Positions 19,460 through 28,669 of a stretch of 64,000 bases of DNA are shown here, piece after piece. Every line of letters begins with the position of its first letter. The stretch's first letter is position 1. Both the position numbers and the translations under genes were made by a program. This DNA comes from Nitrosopumilaceae archaeon (GTDB lineage Archaea > Thermoproteota > Nitrososphaeria > Nitrososphaerales > Nitrosopumilaceae). The notes beneath the pieces are model-generated. The model had not been told where the DNA came from and did no database searches. It saw nothing but the letters and a program-made list of their open reading frames with translations. The DNA lies in NCBI GenBank assembly GCA_052389415.1, contig JBQTHX010000030.1, positions 48,590 through 112,589 of the forward strand, read 5' to 3'.

Positions 19460-20041
19460 ATGGCCAAAAAGAAAGACAAAAAACCAGTAAAAAAAGAGGC
19501 AACAAAGGAAATAGTTGTAAAGAAAAAGGTAATAGAAAAAAAAACTCCTGAAAAGAAAAAAGCTAAAGAAAAAAAACCAAATCTTGAAAAGAAACCATCT
19601 TCTAAAAAGAAGGTAGAAGAGGAATTAGAAGAGGAATTTTCTGAATCAGAAATAGAAAACTTTCAGATTGAGGGCCTTGATATGGAAAAACTCACTACAC
19701 GAGTTTGTAACATTGTTGCTGAACGCGGAGACGGGGGGATGCTTCAGAGTGATTTATGGAAAAAATTAAAACTTACAAGCAGAGATGGCTCTAGATTAGC
19801 ACTAAAACTTGAAAGACGTAATATAGTAAAACGCGAGAAAGTTTTGGATAATGGTCGATGGACCTACAAACTAAAGATTTCAAAGATGCCGGTAAATACA
19901 AAGACAATTGAAGCAGCACCGTGTTTAATATGTCCAGTAGAACAAAAATGCTCTATTGATGGTGAGGTTAGTCCAAGAACTTGTCCACTAATTGAACAAT
20001 GGGTTATCACTGAGATTGCCAATAAGAAAACAACAAAATGA
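19460..20041 (+). CDS. RPC34/RPC39-like transcription factor E subunit beta (winged helix plus 4Fe-4S domain)
   Basis: wH GMLQSDLWKKLKL...LERRNIVKREKV; C-terminal APCLICPVEQKC-x7-PRTCPLIEQW matches the RPC34 Cys pattern. Confidence 0.85.
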   Translation: MAKKKDKKPVKKEATKEIVVKKKVIEKKTPEKKKAKEKKPNLEKKPSSKKKVEEELEEEFSESEIENFQIEGLDMEKLTTRVCNIVAERGDGGMLQSDLWKKLKLTSRDGSRLALKLERRNIVKREKVLDNGRWTYKLKISKMPVNTKTIEAAPCLICPVEQKCSIDGEVSPRTCPLIEQWVITEIANKKTTK

Positions 20042-20631
20042 AATTAATTGACGCAAGACGGGATTTTTACAGAAAACTCGCACACAAAGAAGGCTACAGG
20101 AGTAGGGCTTCATACAAACTTAAGGAACTGAATCAATCATATCGTATTATTGGACCAGGATTTTATGTATTAGATCTTGGTTGTTCTCCAGGTGGCTGGA
20201 CTCAGGTTGCATTAGAGCTTGCAGGAAATAAAGGAAAAGTTATGGGTGTTGACACTTCATACGTTGAAGAAATTCCAAACGCACACATCATCAGAGGAGA
20301 CATCGAGGATGAATCAATCGTAGAGCTAATTCTTGAATATTTTGGAAGAAAGGTAAACGCTGTAATTTGTGACCTTTCTCCACAAGTTAGTGGTGTGTGG
20401 GCAGTAGATCATGCCAAACAAATTGCACTAAACTATGCAGCTTCAAAAATAGTTGAACATGTCCTAGCCTACAAGGGAAATGCATTATTCAAAGTATTTG
20501 ATGGTGAATATTCAAATGAATTTCGAGACTATATCAGAAAGAAATTTGCAAAAGTTCAGATAAGAAAACCAAAAGCAAGTAGAAAAACAAGTAGTGAACT
20601 TTACTACATATGTCTAGGTTACAGTCCTTAA
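20038..20631 (+). CDS. rlmE: 23S rRNA 2'-O-methyltransferase RlmE/FtsJ
   Basis: GYRSRASYKLKE, LDLGCSPGGW, ICD, FK, KPKASR..SSELY. Confidence 0.95.
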   Translation: MKLIDARRDFYRKLAHKEGYRSRASYKLKELNQSYRIIGPGFYVLDLGCSPGGWTQVALELAGNKGKVMGVDTSYVEEIPNAHIIRGDIEDESIVELILEYFGRKVNAVICDLSPQVSGVWAVDHAKQIALNYAASKIVEHVLAYKGNALFKVFDGEYSNEFRDYIRKKFAKVQIRKPKASRKTSSELYYICLGYSP

Positions 20632-21758
20632 TTTTTTAAAACCGCAATAATCTCATCTATTCTGGCACTGGTCTTAAATCCTGATGGATTTAGGCTTGTG
20701 GGAGTTGCTTTATGTCCTGCTCTTTCAAGCCTTTCAATTGTCTTTTCAAGAGACTTTGGGGCGTCTTTTAACCTTCTTGCAATCTCATCTATTACGAAAA
20801 ATGAGGGCGGCATGCCTATCTCGTTTTGACATTTTAACAAAATTTTCTCGCACGACTTGTCTACTTTAAACTTTGTATGCTCTTCCAACATAGAGTCTAC
20901 AAATGTCTTATCATATAGCTCTCCAATCCAAAGAGGACCCGAAGATTCCGTATGTGAATTACAAATTTCGCATAAGTCTTTTTTTTCCAGTTGAACCTTT
21001 CTATGCCCACATGATTTACAGTGTACGATGAATCCCATCTTATCTTCAGAATCAGTTTTTACAAGTATCTTGACATAGACTCTATAATAATGCATATTGT
21101 TTTGTACAAATAATGGAACTGTCTTAACGTCTAGTCTTCCTGCTACAAGATGGATACATCCAAGAATCAATCTTAATGCAATTTCGTTTCCATATTCTGT
21201 TCTTACTGGGGTTCCATGATATCTTCTCTTGCAAGCATCATTGTATAATCCATGTAATACAGGAAGATCCGTGGCAGTAACAGAAAGGAGGCCACCATGT
21301 GAAGTGGAACGAATTCCACAATCAATATGACGTGATGGTGAACCAAATGGATCAATATCAACTATAGCACCACGATTTTCTCGCTTTGAATGTAAACTTA
21401 AAAATCTACATGCTTCATTTTCCGAAAATTCGCAATTATTTATTTTATTTAAAATTGCAGAATTTCTTGCCAATTCTAAAGCAGATGGATTAACGTCATT
21501 TATGAAGACTTTTTCCACATTGCTTATTTCGTTTGCAACTCGGAGGCTACGTGCACCTATGCCAGAAAGACAATCAAGGAAAGTTTTAGGCCCCTTGAAG
21601 TGTTGTAAGAATGCTGAGTAAACAATTATGGAAAAATCTCTGCTAAGTTTTGCTCTAGGATTGAAAAACGCAGGCTCCATAGGAGGCGCACTAGTCTCAA
21701 GTGCTTCCTTTGGAACGAGTAGTTTAGTTCCACCTTCTGTTATCTCTACTATGTGCAT
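20628..21758 (-). CDS. trm1: tRNA (guanine-26-N2)-dimethyltransferase Trm1
   Basis: FFNP...SRD, SGIGARSLR, DIDPFGSP, VTATD, HYYRV, CxxC...CxxC-GPLWIG; start uncertain (ATG 21758 chosen). Confidence 0.93.
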   Translation of the reverse strand: MHIVEITEGGTKLLVPKEALETSAPPMEPAFFNPRAKLSRDFSIIVYSAFLQHFKGPKTFLDCLSGIGARSLRVANEISNVEKVFINDVNPSALELARNSAILNKINNCEFSENEACRFLSLHSKRENRGAIVDIDPFGSPSRHIDCGIRSTSHGGLLSVTATDLPVLHGLYNDACKRRYHGTPVRTEYGNEIALRLILGCIHLVAGRLDVKTVPLFVQNNMHYYRVYVKILVKTDSEDKMGFIVHCKSCGHRKVQLEKKDLCEICNSHTESSGPLWIGELYDKTFVDSMLEEHTKFKVDKSCEKILLKCQNEIGMPPSFFVIDEIARRLKDAPKSLEKTIERLERAGHKATPTSLNPSGFKTSARIDEIIAVLKN

Positions 21759-21833
21759 TTGATCTAGTTGCAATTTTCTTTCTAATAGTATGCCATAAAA
21801 CGATTTAATACGTCTAATGCAGCAAAACACAAA

Positions 21834-22454
21834 TTGATAATCTGTGGAGTTGATGATGCCGGGAGAGGATCTGTTCTTGGACCACTTGTTATAGCAGGAG
21901 TGTCAATTGAACGCTCAAAGATCAAACATCTTTCTTCAATCGGGGTGCGTGATTCAAAACAATTGAGTCCGTCCAAGCGGGAAAATCTTTATAAAAAAAT
22001 TATTTATCTTGTTGATGATTATTATGTGGCAAGAATATCTCCACGACTAATAGACAAAAGCGTAAGAAAAAACCAATTAAACAATTTGGAAGCACAATAT
22101 ATGGCCAAAGTTATCTCGAAGCTTAAACCCTCTTCTTCTTATGTAGACTCGTGTGATGTGAATCCAGTTCGATTTGGCAAAAAGATTTCTAAACTTGCTC
22201 AATCTGGTCGGATCTATTCAAAACATCATGCAGATAGTAAATTTGTCGTAGTGTCAGCTGCATCAATTGTAGCAAAGGTAAATCGTGACAAAGAAATAGA
22301 AAAACTTCGACAAAAACATGATCTGGGAAGTGGTTATCCCTCTGATTCTAAAACAATGCAGTTTGTCAGAAATTGGATTACTATTCATGGAACGGCTCCA
22401 CAATTTGTACGCACCAGCTGGAAACCAGTAAGGCTACTTTTAAACAAAAAATGA
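21834..22454 (+). CDS. rnhB: ribonuclease HII
   Basis: GVDDAGRGSVLGPL, VRDSKQL, VSAASIVAKV.RD, GSGYPSD, VRTSW. Confidence 0.96.
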   Translation: MIICGVDDAGRGSVLGPLVIAGVSIERSKIKHLSSIGVRDSKQLSPSKRENLYKKIIYLVDDYYVARISPRLIDKSVRKNQLNNLEAQYMAKVISKLKPSSSYVDSCDVNPVRFGKKISKLAQSGRIYSKHHADSKFVVVSAASIVAKVNRDKEIEKLRQKHDLGSGYPSDSKTMQFVRNWITIHGTAPQFVRTSWKPVRLLLNKK

Positions 22455-22458
22455 ATTT

Positions 22459-23124
22459 CTAATATTGTGCAAGTACTATTGCGTGATCCTTGTCGTAAGG
22501 ATATAGATTAATTTCCTGAATTATATTAAAATCCACAAGTTTTTCTATCTCTGATTTAATTATCTCAGAAGGATCCTTTGTTACATCGATGCTTCTTGTT
22601 TTAATGACAAGCATGAGATACCCACCTTTTTTGAGAAAGGTTTTACAATTTAATATCGCAATCTCGGTTTGATCTGGCTGTGCTATATCTACATAAACTA
22701 CATCAACAGTCCCATAAACTGAAAAATATTGCTTTGGGTTTCTTGCATCTTGTAAGATGGGAACAATGTTTGATCTATGAGAAGCTACTCTGTCTAGAAA
22801 ATCACGCGCGACTCTACTTGCGTGTTCTACACAAAAAACTATGCCGCTTTGTCCTACAATATCTGATACATGACTTGCAGTTGTTCCAGTAGAAACTCCA
22901 AGATAGAGAACTTTGGATTTTCTAATTATTGGTAAAATCTCCAAACCATTAATTATTGCAGCGGCAAGTTTACTCCTAAAGGGATCCCAAATTCTAAACT
23001 CTTCATCTTTTACTTTGACTAATTTTTCCTTGTAGACTTGATTTCCGGGGACAAGATTTAGGGTTGCAGGTTTTTTTTCACCGTCTACTTTAATCCAAAA
23101 GATATTACCTTCGTCGTTTTCCAA
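22459..23124 (-). CDS. flpA: fibrillarin-like rRNA/tRNA 2'-O-methyltransferase
   Basis: WDPFRSKLAAAI, VLYLG..TGTT.SHVSD, PILQDAR, DIAQPDQ, PYDKDH; start placed at TTG 23124 to avoid a long nop5 overlap. Confidence 0.95.
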   Translation of the reverse strand: MENDEGNIFWIKVDGEKKPATLNLVPGNQVYKEKLVKVKDEEFRIWDPFRSKLAAAIINGLEILPIIRKSKVLYLGVSTGTTASHVSDIVGQSGIVFCVEHASRVARDFLDRVASHRSNIVPILQDARNPKQYFSVYGTVDVVYVDIAQPDQTEIAILNCKTFLKKGGYLMLVIKTRSIDVTKDPSEIIKSEIEKLVDFNIIQEINLYPYDKDHAIVLAQY

Positions 23125-24397
23125 ACTTCCTTCTTTTTCCTGTCTTCCAGTCTTGTTTTTTATCGCTTCGATAATCTCTACCAAAACTTCTTTTTCCTTT
23201 ACCAGCGTCTCTATAATTGCTTCTTTGGTCTCTCCCATGTCGGAATGTGTCTCGTTGGTGAATCCTTATCGGTTCTCTTTCCGTTGGTTCCTTGTATTTT
23301 TCACCTATCTCCTTAATTCTGACATTAAGCTTCTCAAACAGGGTTTGATTTTTTCCTGCTCCAAAAACATCTACTCTTGCTGCAATTGCCGCCTTTGTAG
23401 AGATTGCCCTAGCTATCTTACCGCGTTGCCATCTTGGTGCTGCATGTACTAATGCGTGCTGAAACAATAATCCATGTTTGGGAGGCTGAGAACCTGTTTT
23501 GAGAGAGCGAAATAGAGCCTTTTCTGCTCCAAGAACTTGGATCGTACTGGCAGGCATTGAACAAAGTCGTTTGAGGCTTCCAGCTCTTGCCAAGATCCTA
23601 GCCCCAACTGCATGTCCAAGTATGCCAGCTAAGTTTGGAGCTACAGATTCCATCTGGATTTCTACGTGTTTTTCTAATGTATTTCTTAAATCAAAAAGTT
23701 CCAGTATCTGTTTTGCAATTGATTGAACTATTGCAAGGTTTTCTTCTGAAATCTTGCCACCTTTGCTTTTCTTTTGCAATAAGGACAACATCTCTACTTT
23801 GGTATCGGGAAATCCAGCATCAATGTATACACTATCAGTGATATTATCTCTTGTACCTGCCAAGACAATTTTAGAATATGCGTTTATACTATCTATTAAA
23901 TTGTCAAGCTCTGGAAAATGTAATCCATACCATTCTCTTAATCTAGAACTAAGCCCATTTACTATCTTGTCAATTTCATCCAGTGTGTTGATAGTTTGAA
24001 TTATGTGAAGATCTGGACTTTCGGATATTTCTGTTACCTTTGATGAAGAAAGCTGTATGGCAAAACTTCTCAATTTTTCTCTTGCTTCGTTTTCATCTTT
24101 TGCAAAACCAGAGTCAACAAGAACTCTTAGTTTTGAAGTTTGGATGTTTTCTATTTTTGCATTGTCCATCAACTCTGCTTCGATAGAATTTTTTTTCAAA
24201 AGTTTTTGAAGTGACAAGTCATTTACAAAAACCGGTGTATTTAATTTCGAAAGAAAATCTGATAACTGGTCTACATTTGCCTTTCCTTCTTTAATCTCGA
24301 TGTATTCCCTTCCAGGATCAGAGAAAGGAAGAGCTTTTACACATGTATTTTTATCAAATACTGCTACTCCAATCTCTGTTAAAATAACAAAATGCAT
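23105..24397 (-). CDS. nop5: C/D-box sRNP protein Nop5 (Nop56/58)
   Basis: LREWYGLHFPEL, APNL, PASTIQVLGAEKALF, PPKHGLLFQH, RGKIAR; basic tail. Confidence 0.96.
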   Translation of the reverse strand: MHFVILTEIGVAVFDKNTCVKALPFSDPGREYIEIKEGKANVDQLSDFLSKLNTPVFVNDLSLQKLLKKNSIEAELMDNAKIENIQTSKLRVLVDSGFAKDENEAREKLRSFAIQLSSSKVTEISESPDLHIIQTINTLDEIDKIVNGLSSRLREWYGLHFPELDNLIDSINAYSKIVLAGTRDNITDSVYIDAGFPDTKVEMLSLLQKKSKGGKISEENLAIVQSIAKQILELFDLRNTLEKHVEIQMESVAPNLAGILGHAVGARILARAGSLKRLCSMPASTIQVLGAEKALFRSLKTGSQPPKHGLLFQHALVHAAPRWQRGKIARAISTKAAIAARVDVFGAGKNQTLFEKLNVRIKEIGEKYKEPTEREPIRIHQRDTFRHGRDQRSNYRDAGKGKRSFGRDYRSDKKQDWKTGKRRKFGKRRR

Positions 24398-24496
24398 ACT
24401 TCACACATTCGCACTCCCTCACTAAAAAAGGTAACATTCCATGTTTTGTAATTACGAATGAACTGTTATATGAGAACAATTTTTTATTAATCAATA

Positions 24497-25405
24497 ATGA
24501 AACCTGATATCTCGACTAAGGTAGGCAAAATTCAGTTGGAGAGACCAACCATGCTTGCCTCTGGCATACTCGGAATCTCGCTTGATGTTTTTGCTAGATT
24601 ATACAAGGAAGGAGCTGGAGCACTAGTCACAAAATCATTAAGCAAAGAACCATGGGAGGGATATCCTAATCCAACTATAGTTGGAGTAAAGTCAGGTTAC
24701 CTAAATGCAGTGGGGTTGTCAAATCCGGGAGCTCCATACTTTGCAAAAATGATCGAGTCAAACACTACAATACCAATTATTGTTAGTCTAGTCGGTTCCA
24801 TAGAAGAAGATTTTACCTTTATGATAAAACAATTTGAACATGTAAAAATTTTGGGATATGAACTCAATCTGTCGTGCCCCCACGTGGAAAAAGTTGGACT
24901 AGAGGTTGGCGATGATCCGAATCTTGTAAGAAGAATAGTAAAATCTGTCAAGTCACAATCTAAAGTTCCTATAATAGCTAAAGTTGGATTGGGTTCATCA
25001 GATTATCTTGAAACAGTGCGTGCTGCATGCGAATCAGGAATCGATGCCATAACTGCAATAAACACTGTTAGAGCAATGGGAATTGATGTAGAAACAACAC
25101 GTCCTCTTCTCAGTCATAAAATTGGAGGACTGTCTGGTTCTGCAATAAAACCAATTGCAGTAAGATGTGTCTATGAAATTTCATCCAAATTTGATATTCC
25201 AATAATTGGTTGTGGAGGAATCTCAGATTGGGAAGACGCAGTTGAATTCATACTTGCTGGGGCAAGCGCTGTACAAATTGGTAGTGCAGTAGGTGAGAAA
25301 TGGACCGGTGTATTCTCAGATATTAATAATGGCATATCAAAATACATGGAAAAGAAAGGATTTTCAAAAATAAGCGAGATGACAGGAATTGCAAAGAAAT
25401 TCTAA
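24497..25405 (+). CDS. pyrD: dihydroorotate dehydrogenase family 1B catalytic subunit
   Basis: MLASG, NAVGLSNPG, ELNLSCPH, AINT, GGLSG.AIKP, GCGGI, AGASAVQIG. Confidence 0.96.
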   Translation: MKPDISTKVGKIQLERPTMLASGILGISLDVFARLYKEGAGALVTKSLSKEPWEGYPNPTIVGVKSGYLNAVGLSNPGAPYFAKMIESNTTIPIIVSLVGSIEEDFTFMIKQFEHVKILGYELNLSCPHVEKVGLEVGDDPNLVRRIVKSVKSQSKVPIIAKVGLGSSDYLETVRAACESGIDAITAINTVRAMGIDVETTRPLLSHKIGGLSGSAIKPIAVRCVYEISSKFDIPIIGCGGISDWEDAVEFILAGASAVQIGSAVGEKWTGVFSDINNGISKYMEKKGFSKISEMTGIAKKF

Positions 25406-26201
25406 CAAACCACTAATTTTAAAAATAGAAAAATTAATAGAAGAAACACCAACAGTTCGTACATTGGTTTTTACTGATGAAATATTTGCTAATGTTTTAC
25501 CAGGACAGTTTGCGATGGTATGGATACCAGGTGTAAATGAATTACCTATGAGTGTGATGATAACCTTGGAAAAAGGAAAAGGAGCTTTTACAGTAAGAAC
25601 GCATGGTGTTTCTTCAACAGCACTATACAATCTTAAAGTTGGTGATTATATAGGCATACGAGGTCCTTATGGTAATTCCTTTACCGTAAAACAGGGGAAA
25701 CTTTTGCTTGTAGGAGGAGGTACCGGTCTTGTTCCATTGATGCGCTTGTTGACATTTTTAAAGAAAACTGATGACGTTACTTTATTGATTGGTGCTAAAA
25801 CCAAAGATGAAGTATTTTTTGAAAAATTAGCAAACCATCTTCTTGAAAATAACAAACATCAAGTTATTGTGATAACAGAGGACGGGACATACGGTAGGGA
25901 AGGGCTTGTAACGGACGAGTTGGAAAAATTACTTTCTGAAAAAAAATTTGACGCAGTGTATACATGTGGACCAGAAAAAATGATGTACAAGGTTGTGCAG
26001 TTGGCTCATTCAAAAAATTTTTTTGTTCAAGCAAGTCTTGAAAGAATGATGAAATGTGGAATGGGAATATGTGGAAGTTGTTGTGCGGAAGAAGTCCTTG
26101 TATGTAAAGACGGCACCATCTTTGATGGTGATTACCTGATGAAAAACAAAGAATTTGGCTACACACATAGAAATAAGGCAGGAATTCTTGAGAATTACTA
26201 A
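25389..26201 (+). CDS. pyrK: dihydroorotate dehydrogenase electron-transfer subunit
   Basis: PGQFAMVW, RGPYGN, GGGTG, TCGPEKM, ERMMKCGMGICGSC...VCKDG. Confidence 0.95.
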   Translation: MQRNSNKPLILKIEKLIEETPTVRTLVFTDEIFANVLPGQFAMVWIPGVNELPMSVMITLEKGKGAFTVRTHGVSSTALYNLKVGDYIGIRGPYGNSFTVKQGKLLLVGGGTGLVPLMRLLTFLKKTDDVTLLIGAKTKDEVFFEKLANHLLENNKHQVIVITEDGTYGREGLVTDELEKLLSEKKFDAVYTCGPEKMMYKVVQLAHSKNFFVQASLERMMKCGMGICGSCCAEEVLVCKDGTIFDGDYLMKNKEFGYTHRNKAGILENY

Positions 26202-26267
26202 AATTATGTTTGAATAAAACCCAAAAACTTAAAAAGATTGAGCCAAGGTACCCAAATAAGGATTGAA

Positions 26268-27992
26268 GTGGGTCACCCAAAAATTGTATTAACAGCAGAT
26301 CGTACATTAATGTCTCCATATCGTGGGATATCACTTGCTACCTTCTTTGGTTGTGCACCTGCAATTGATCCACACAGACCAAAAAATAACATCTGGTATT
26401 ATTTGTTAAAAGATCAAGTAACTCCAAAAGTTTTGTTTGATTTCATATGTAATCCGGTTGGTCACAACAATGGGATTGCAAGCTATGCGCCATATGGATT
26501 AAGAAAAGTAGAGGCAGCGCTTTTGCGTGACGGATTTAAACGCGAAGACGTTGTTGTTGCTCATCCTGATCACATTGATAAGTTCATTGGTCCAGAAACG
26601 CAAGTGGTTGGAACATATGAAATGGATCCACTTGGAATGGGTCCTGTTACCATGACCTTCACCTATGGTCGCAAGCAGGTGTCTTATGACGAATACTATA
26701 ACAGGGATCTTCACATGAAAATTAATGCTGCCAAGAAAAAAAATGGAAGCAATGCCAAAGTAATTGCTGGCGCATCTGGAACCTGGCAGTACAACTATGA
26801 TCCTAAAAAAATTGAAGAATATGGTCTGTATGCAGTTTTAGAAGGAGAACTTGGAGGCATTGCTCCAGAAATCGACGGTCACGCTGGACAATTTTTCAAT
26901 TATTTAATTGATGGCGCATTTGATAACATGAATCCGTTTGCAAAAAATGATTTCAAGGTAGATATTAAAGAATTTGGAAAAGGAGAGAAAAAATACCACG
27001 GAAGATTCATCCATTATTGGGACGAACCAGACATTGATTTGATTCCAGACATTGTAGAGCCCAGTATGCATGGGATGGTAGAGGTAATGCGTGGTTGTGG
27101 ACGCGGTTGCAAGTTTTGCGATGTAACTCTAAGGCCATTAAGATATTATCCTCCTGAGAAGGTCAAAAGGGAAATAGAAGTCAACCTCAAAAAGGGGGGA
27201 CAGAAATCGGCTTGGCTACATAGTGACGACATATTCGTCTATGGTCTAGATCCAAGAAAGACGAAGAATATGGCTCCAAACAGAGAAGCACTTGAAGAGC
27301 TTTTTACCGCAGTAATGTCTACTGGGGTTATTCACACAAACCCAACACATGGCACTCTCGCAGGTGCAATTGCTGATGAAAGACTAATTCCAAACATCTC
27401 AAAAATAATCAGGGCTGGTCCTGAAAATATGATTGGAATACAGTGCGGTTTTGAAACTGGAAGTTTACGATTAATTGGCAAGTATGCTGATAGAAAACTC
27501 TCTCCGTACAAACCAGAAGAATGGCATTGGATTGTAAAAGAAGGTGTCAAGACACTAAATGAAAACTATTGGATACCAGCCTTCACTCTAATCATGGGTC
27601 TTGATAACGATGAAACAGATGAGGATGCATGGGAAACAATTCGATTGATAAATGAGCTGGAAAGAGAACAACCAGATGCAATGTTTACCACCACGCCTCT
27701 GACATTTGTTCCCATCGGTCTTTTGGAAAAATCAGAATTCTTTGACATAGGAAATGAAATGGATGCTGCACAACTTGGTGTAATGTACAAGACATGGCAA
27801 CACAATTTCAAGTATGGTATTAGAAAATTCATGAACAAGACAGGTCATAATGGTACATTGAGAAGGAAAGCCTTTACAGGATTGGCTACAGCACTGGGTG
27901 GCGTGCCACTTGGGGCAATGGAAAGATACGCAAGAAGAAAAGGAAGAGAGCACGAAAACGTGATTGAAACCATCAAAGCAAGATATTGGTAA
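26268..27992 (+). CDS. archaeal radical SAM protein with N-terminal B12-binding-like domain
   Basis: KIVLTADRTLMS, APYGLRKVEAAL, EVMRGCGRGCKFC (CxxxCxxC), GFETGS; GTG 26268 fits the TATA spacing (ORF track opens at 26238). Confidence 0.88.
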   Translation: MGHPKIVLTADRTLMSPYRGISLATFFGCAPAIDPHRPKNNIWYYLLKDQVTPKVLFDFICNPVGHNNGIASYAPYGLRKVEAALLRDGFKREDVVVAHPDHIDKFIGPETQVVGTYEMDPLGMGPVTMTFTYGRKQVSYDEYYNRDLHMKINAAKKKNGSNAKVIAGASGTWQYNYDPKKIEEYGLYAVLEGELGGIAPEIDGHAGQFFNYLIDGAFDNMNPFAKNDFKVDIKEFGKGEKKYHGRFIHYWDEPDIDLIPDIVEPSMHGMVEVMRGCGRGCKFCDVTLRPLRYYPPEKVKREIEVNLKKGGQKSAWLHSDDIFVYGLDPRKTKNMAPNREALEELFTAVMSTGVIHTNPTHGTLAGAIADERLIPNISKIIRAGPENMIGIQCGFETGSLRLIGKYADRKLSPYKPEEWHWIVKEGVKTLNENYWIPAFTLIMGLDNDETDEDAWETIRLINELEREQPDAMFTTTPLTFVPIGLLEKSEFFDIGNEMDAAQLGVMYKTWQHNFKYGIRKFMNKTGHNGTLRRKAFTGLATALGGVPLGAMERYARRKGREHENVIETIKARYW

Positions 27993-28031
27993 ATCCAAAT
28001 ACATAAATTGAATCAGAAAAGAAATTAATTC

Positions 28032-28214
28032 GTGCCAACACACGGATCGCTTACAAAAGCAGGAAAAGTTAGAGGGCAAACACCCAAAGTCCAAGCAAGA
28101 GTGAGACATGGTGTGATCTCTATAATGAGAAACCGAGAAAATTTTAGAAAAAGATTTCAACTAAAACGAGTTCCAGGGCAAAACAAGCCTGGTCAAAGAC
28201 CAAAACGCAAGTAA
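28032..28214 (+). CDS. rps30e: ribosomal protein eS30 (S30e)
   Basis: MPTHGSLTKAGKVRGQTPKV. Confidence 0.96.
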   Translation: MPTHGSLTKAGKVRGQTPKVQARVRHGVISIMRNRENFRKRFQLKRVPGQNKPGQRPKRK

Positions 28215-28299
28215 AAATAAACGTGTTTAACTGATACCGCATGAAAAAAAATAGTTGGTCTTGTTTTTCATAATAAAATGGAACGTCTAAACGAAGAAT

Positions 28300-28530
28300 T
28301 TACCTAGTGTCCCATTCAGCTTTTCTCTTCATATTTGAGAGATTGTTCATAGCCTTTCTATATCCTCCCATATATGACCAATTAAATTCTAACCACGCAC
28401 CACACTTACAGTAATTACGAGTGGTTACATCATCAATAACTATCTCCTTAGAATAATGATGTTCTCTTTTTAGCCAACAAACTACTTTGTAGATAATCAT
28501 CAGAGGCAAATCAAATCCCCCTATTCTCAC
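28300..28530 (-). CDS. small hypothetical Cys/His protein
   Basis: KVVCWLKREHHY...YCKCGAW; non-overlapping ORF divergent from radA; start uncertain. Confidence 0.55.
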   Translation of the reverse strand: MRIGGFDLPLMIIYKVVCWLKREHHYSKEIVIDDVTTRNYCKCGAWLEFNWSYMGGYRKAMNNLSNMKRKAEWDTR

Positions 28531-28635
28531 ATAGAATATTCTTAATTCCAGAAGTAAGCTTCTGTAAACCAGTCAACCGAAAATTAACAGGAGAAAATAT
28601 CAACCGTGAAGATAACAGCTCCACAAAACAATATA

Positions 28636-28667
28636 TTTATTAGGTACCCGTACCGTACTCTACGGTA
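28636..28667 (+). promoter_or_regulatory. radA promoter: TATA-like TTTATTAG followed by palindrome TACCGTA-ctc-TACGGTA
   Basis: Arms at 28651-28657 and 28661-28667, ending 2 nt before ATG 28670. Confidence 0.55.
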
Positions 28668-28669
28668 AG

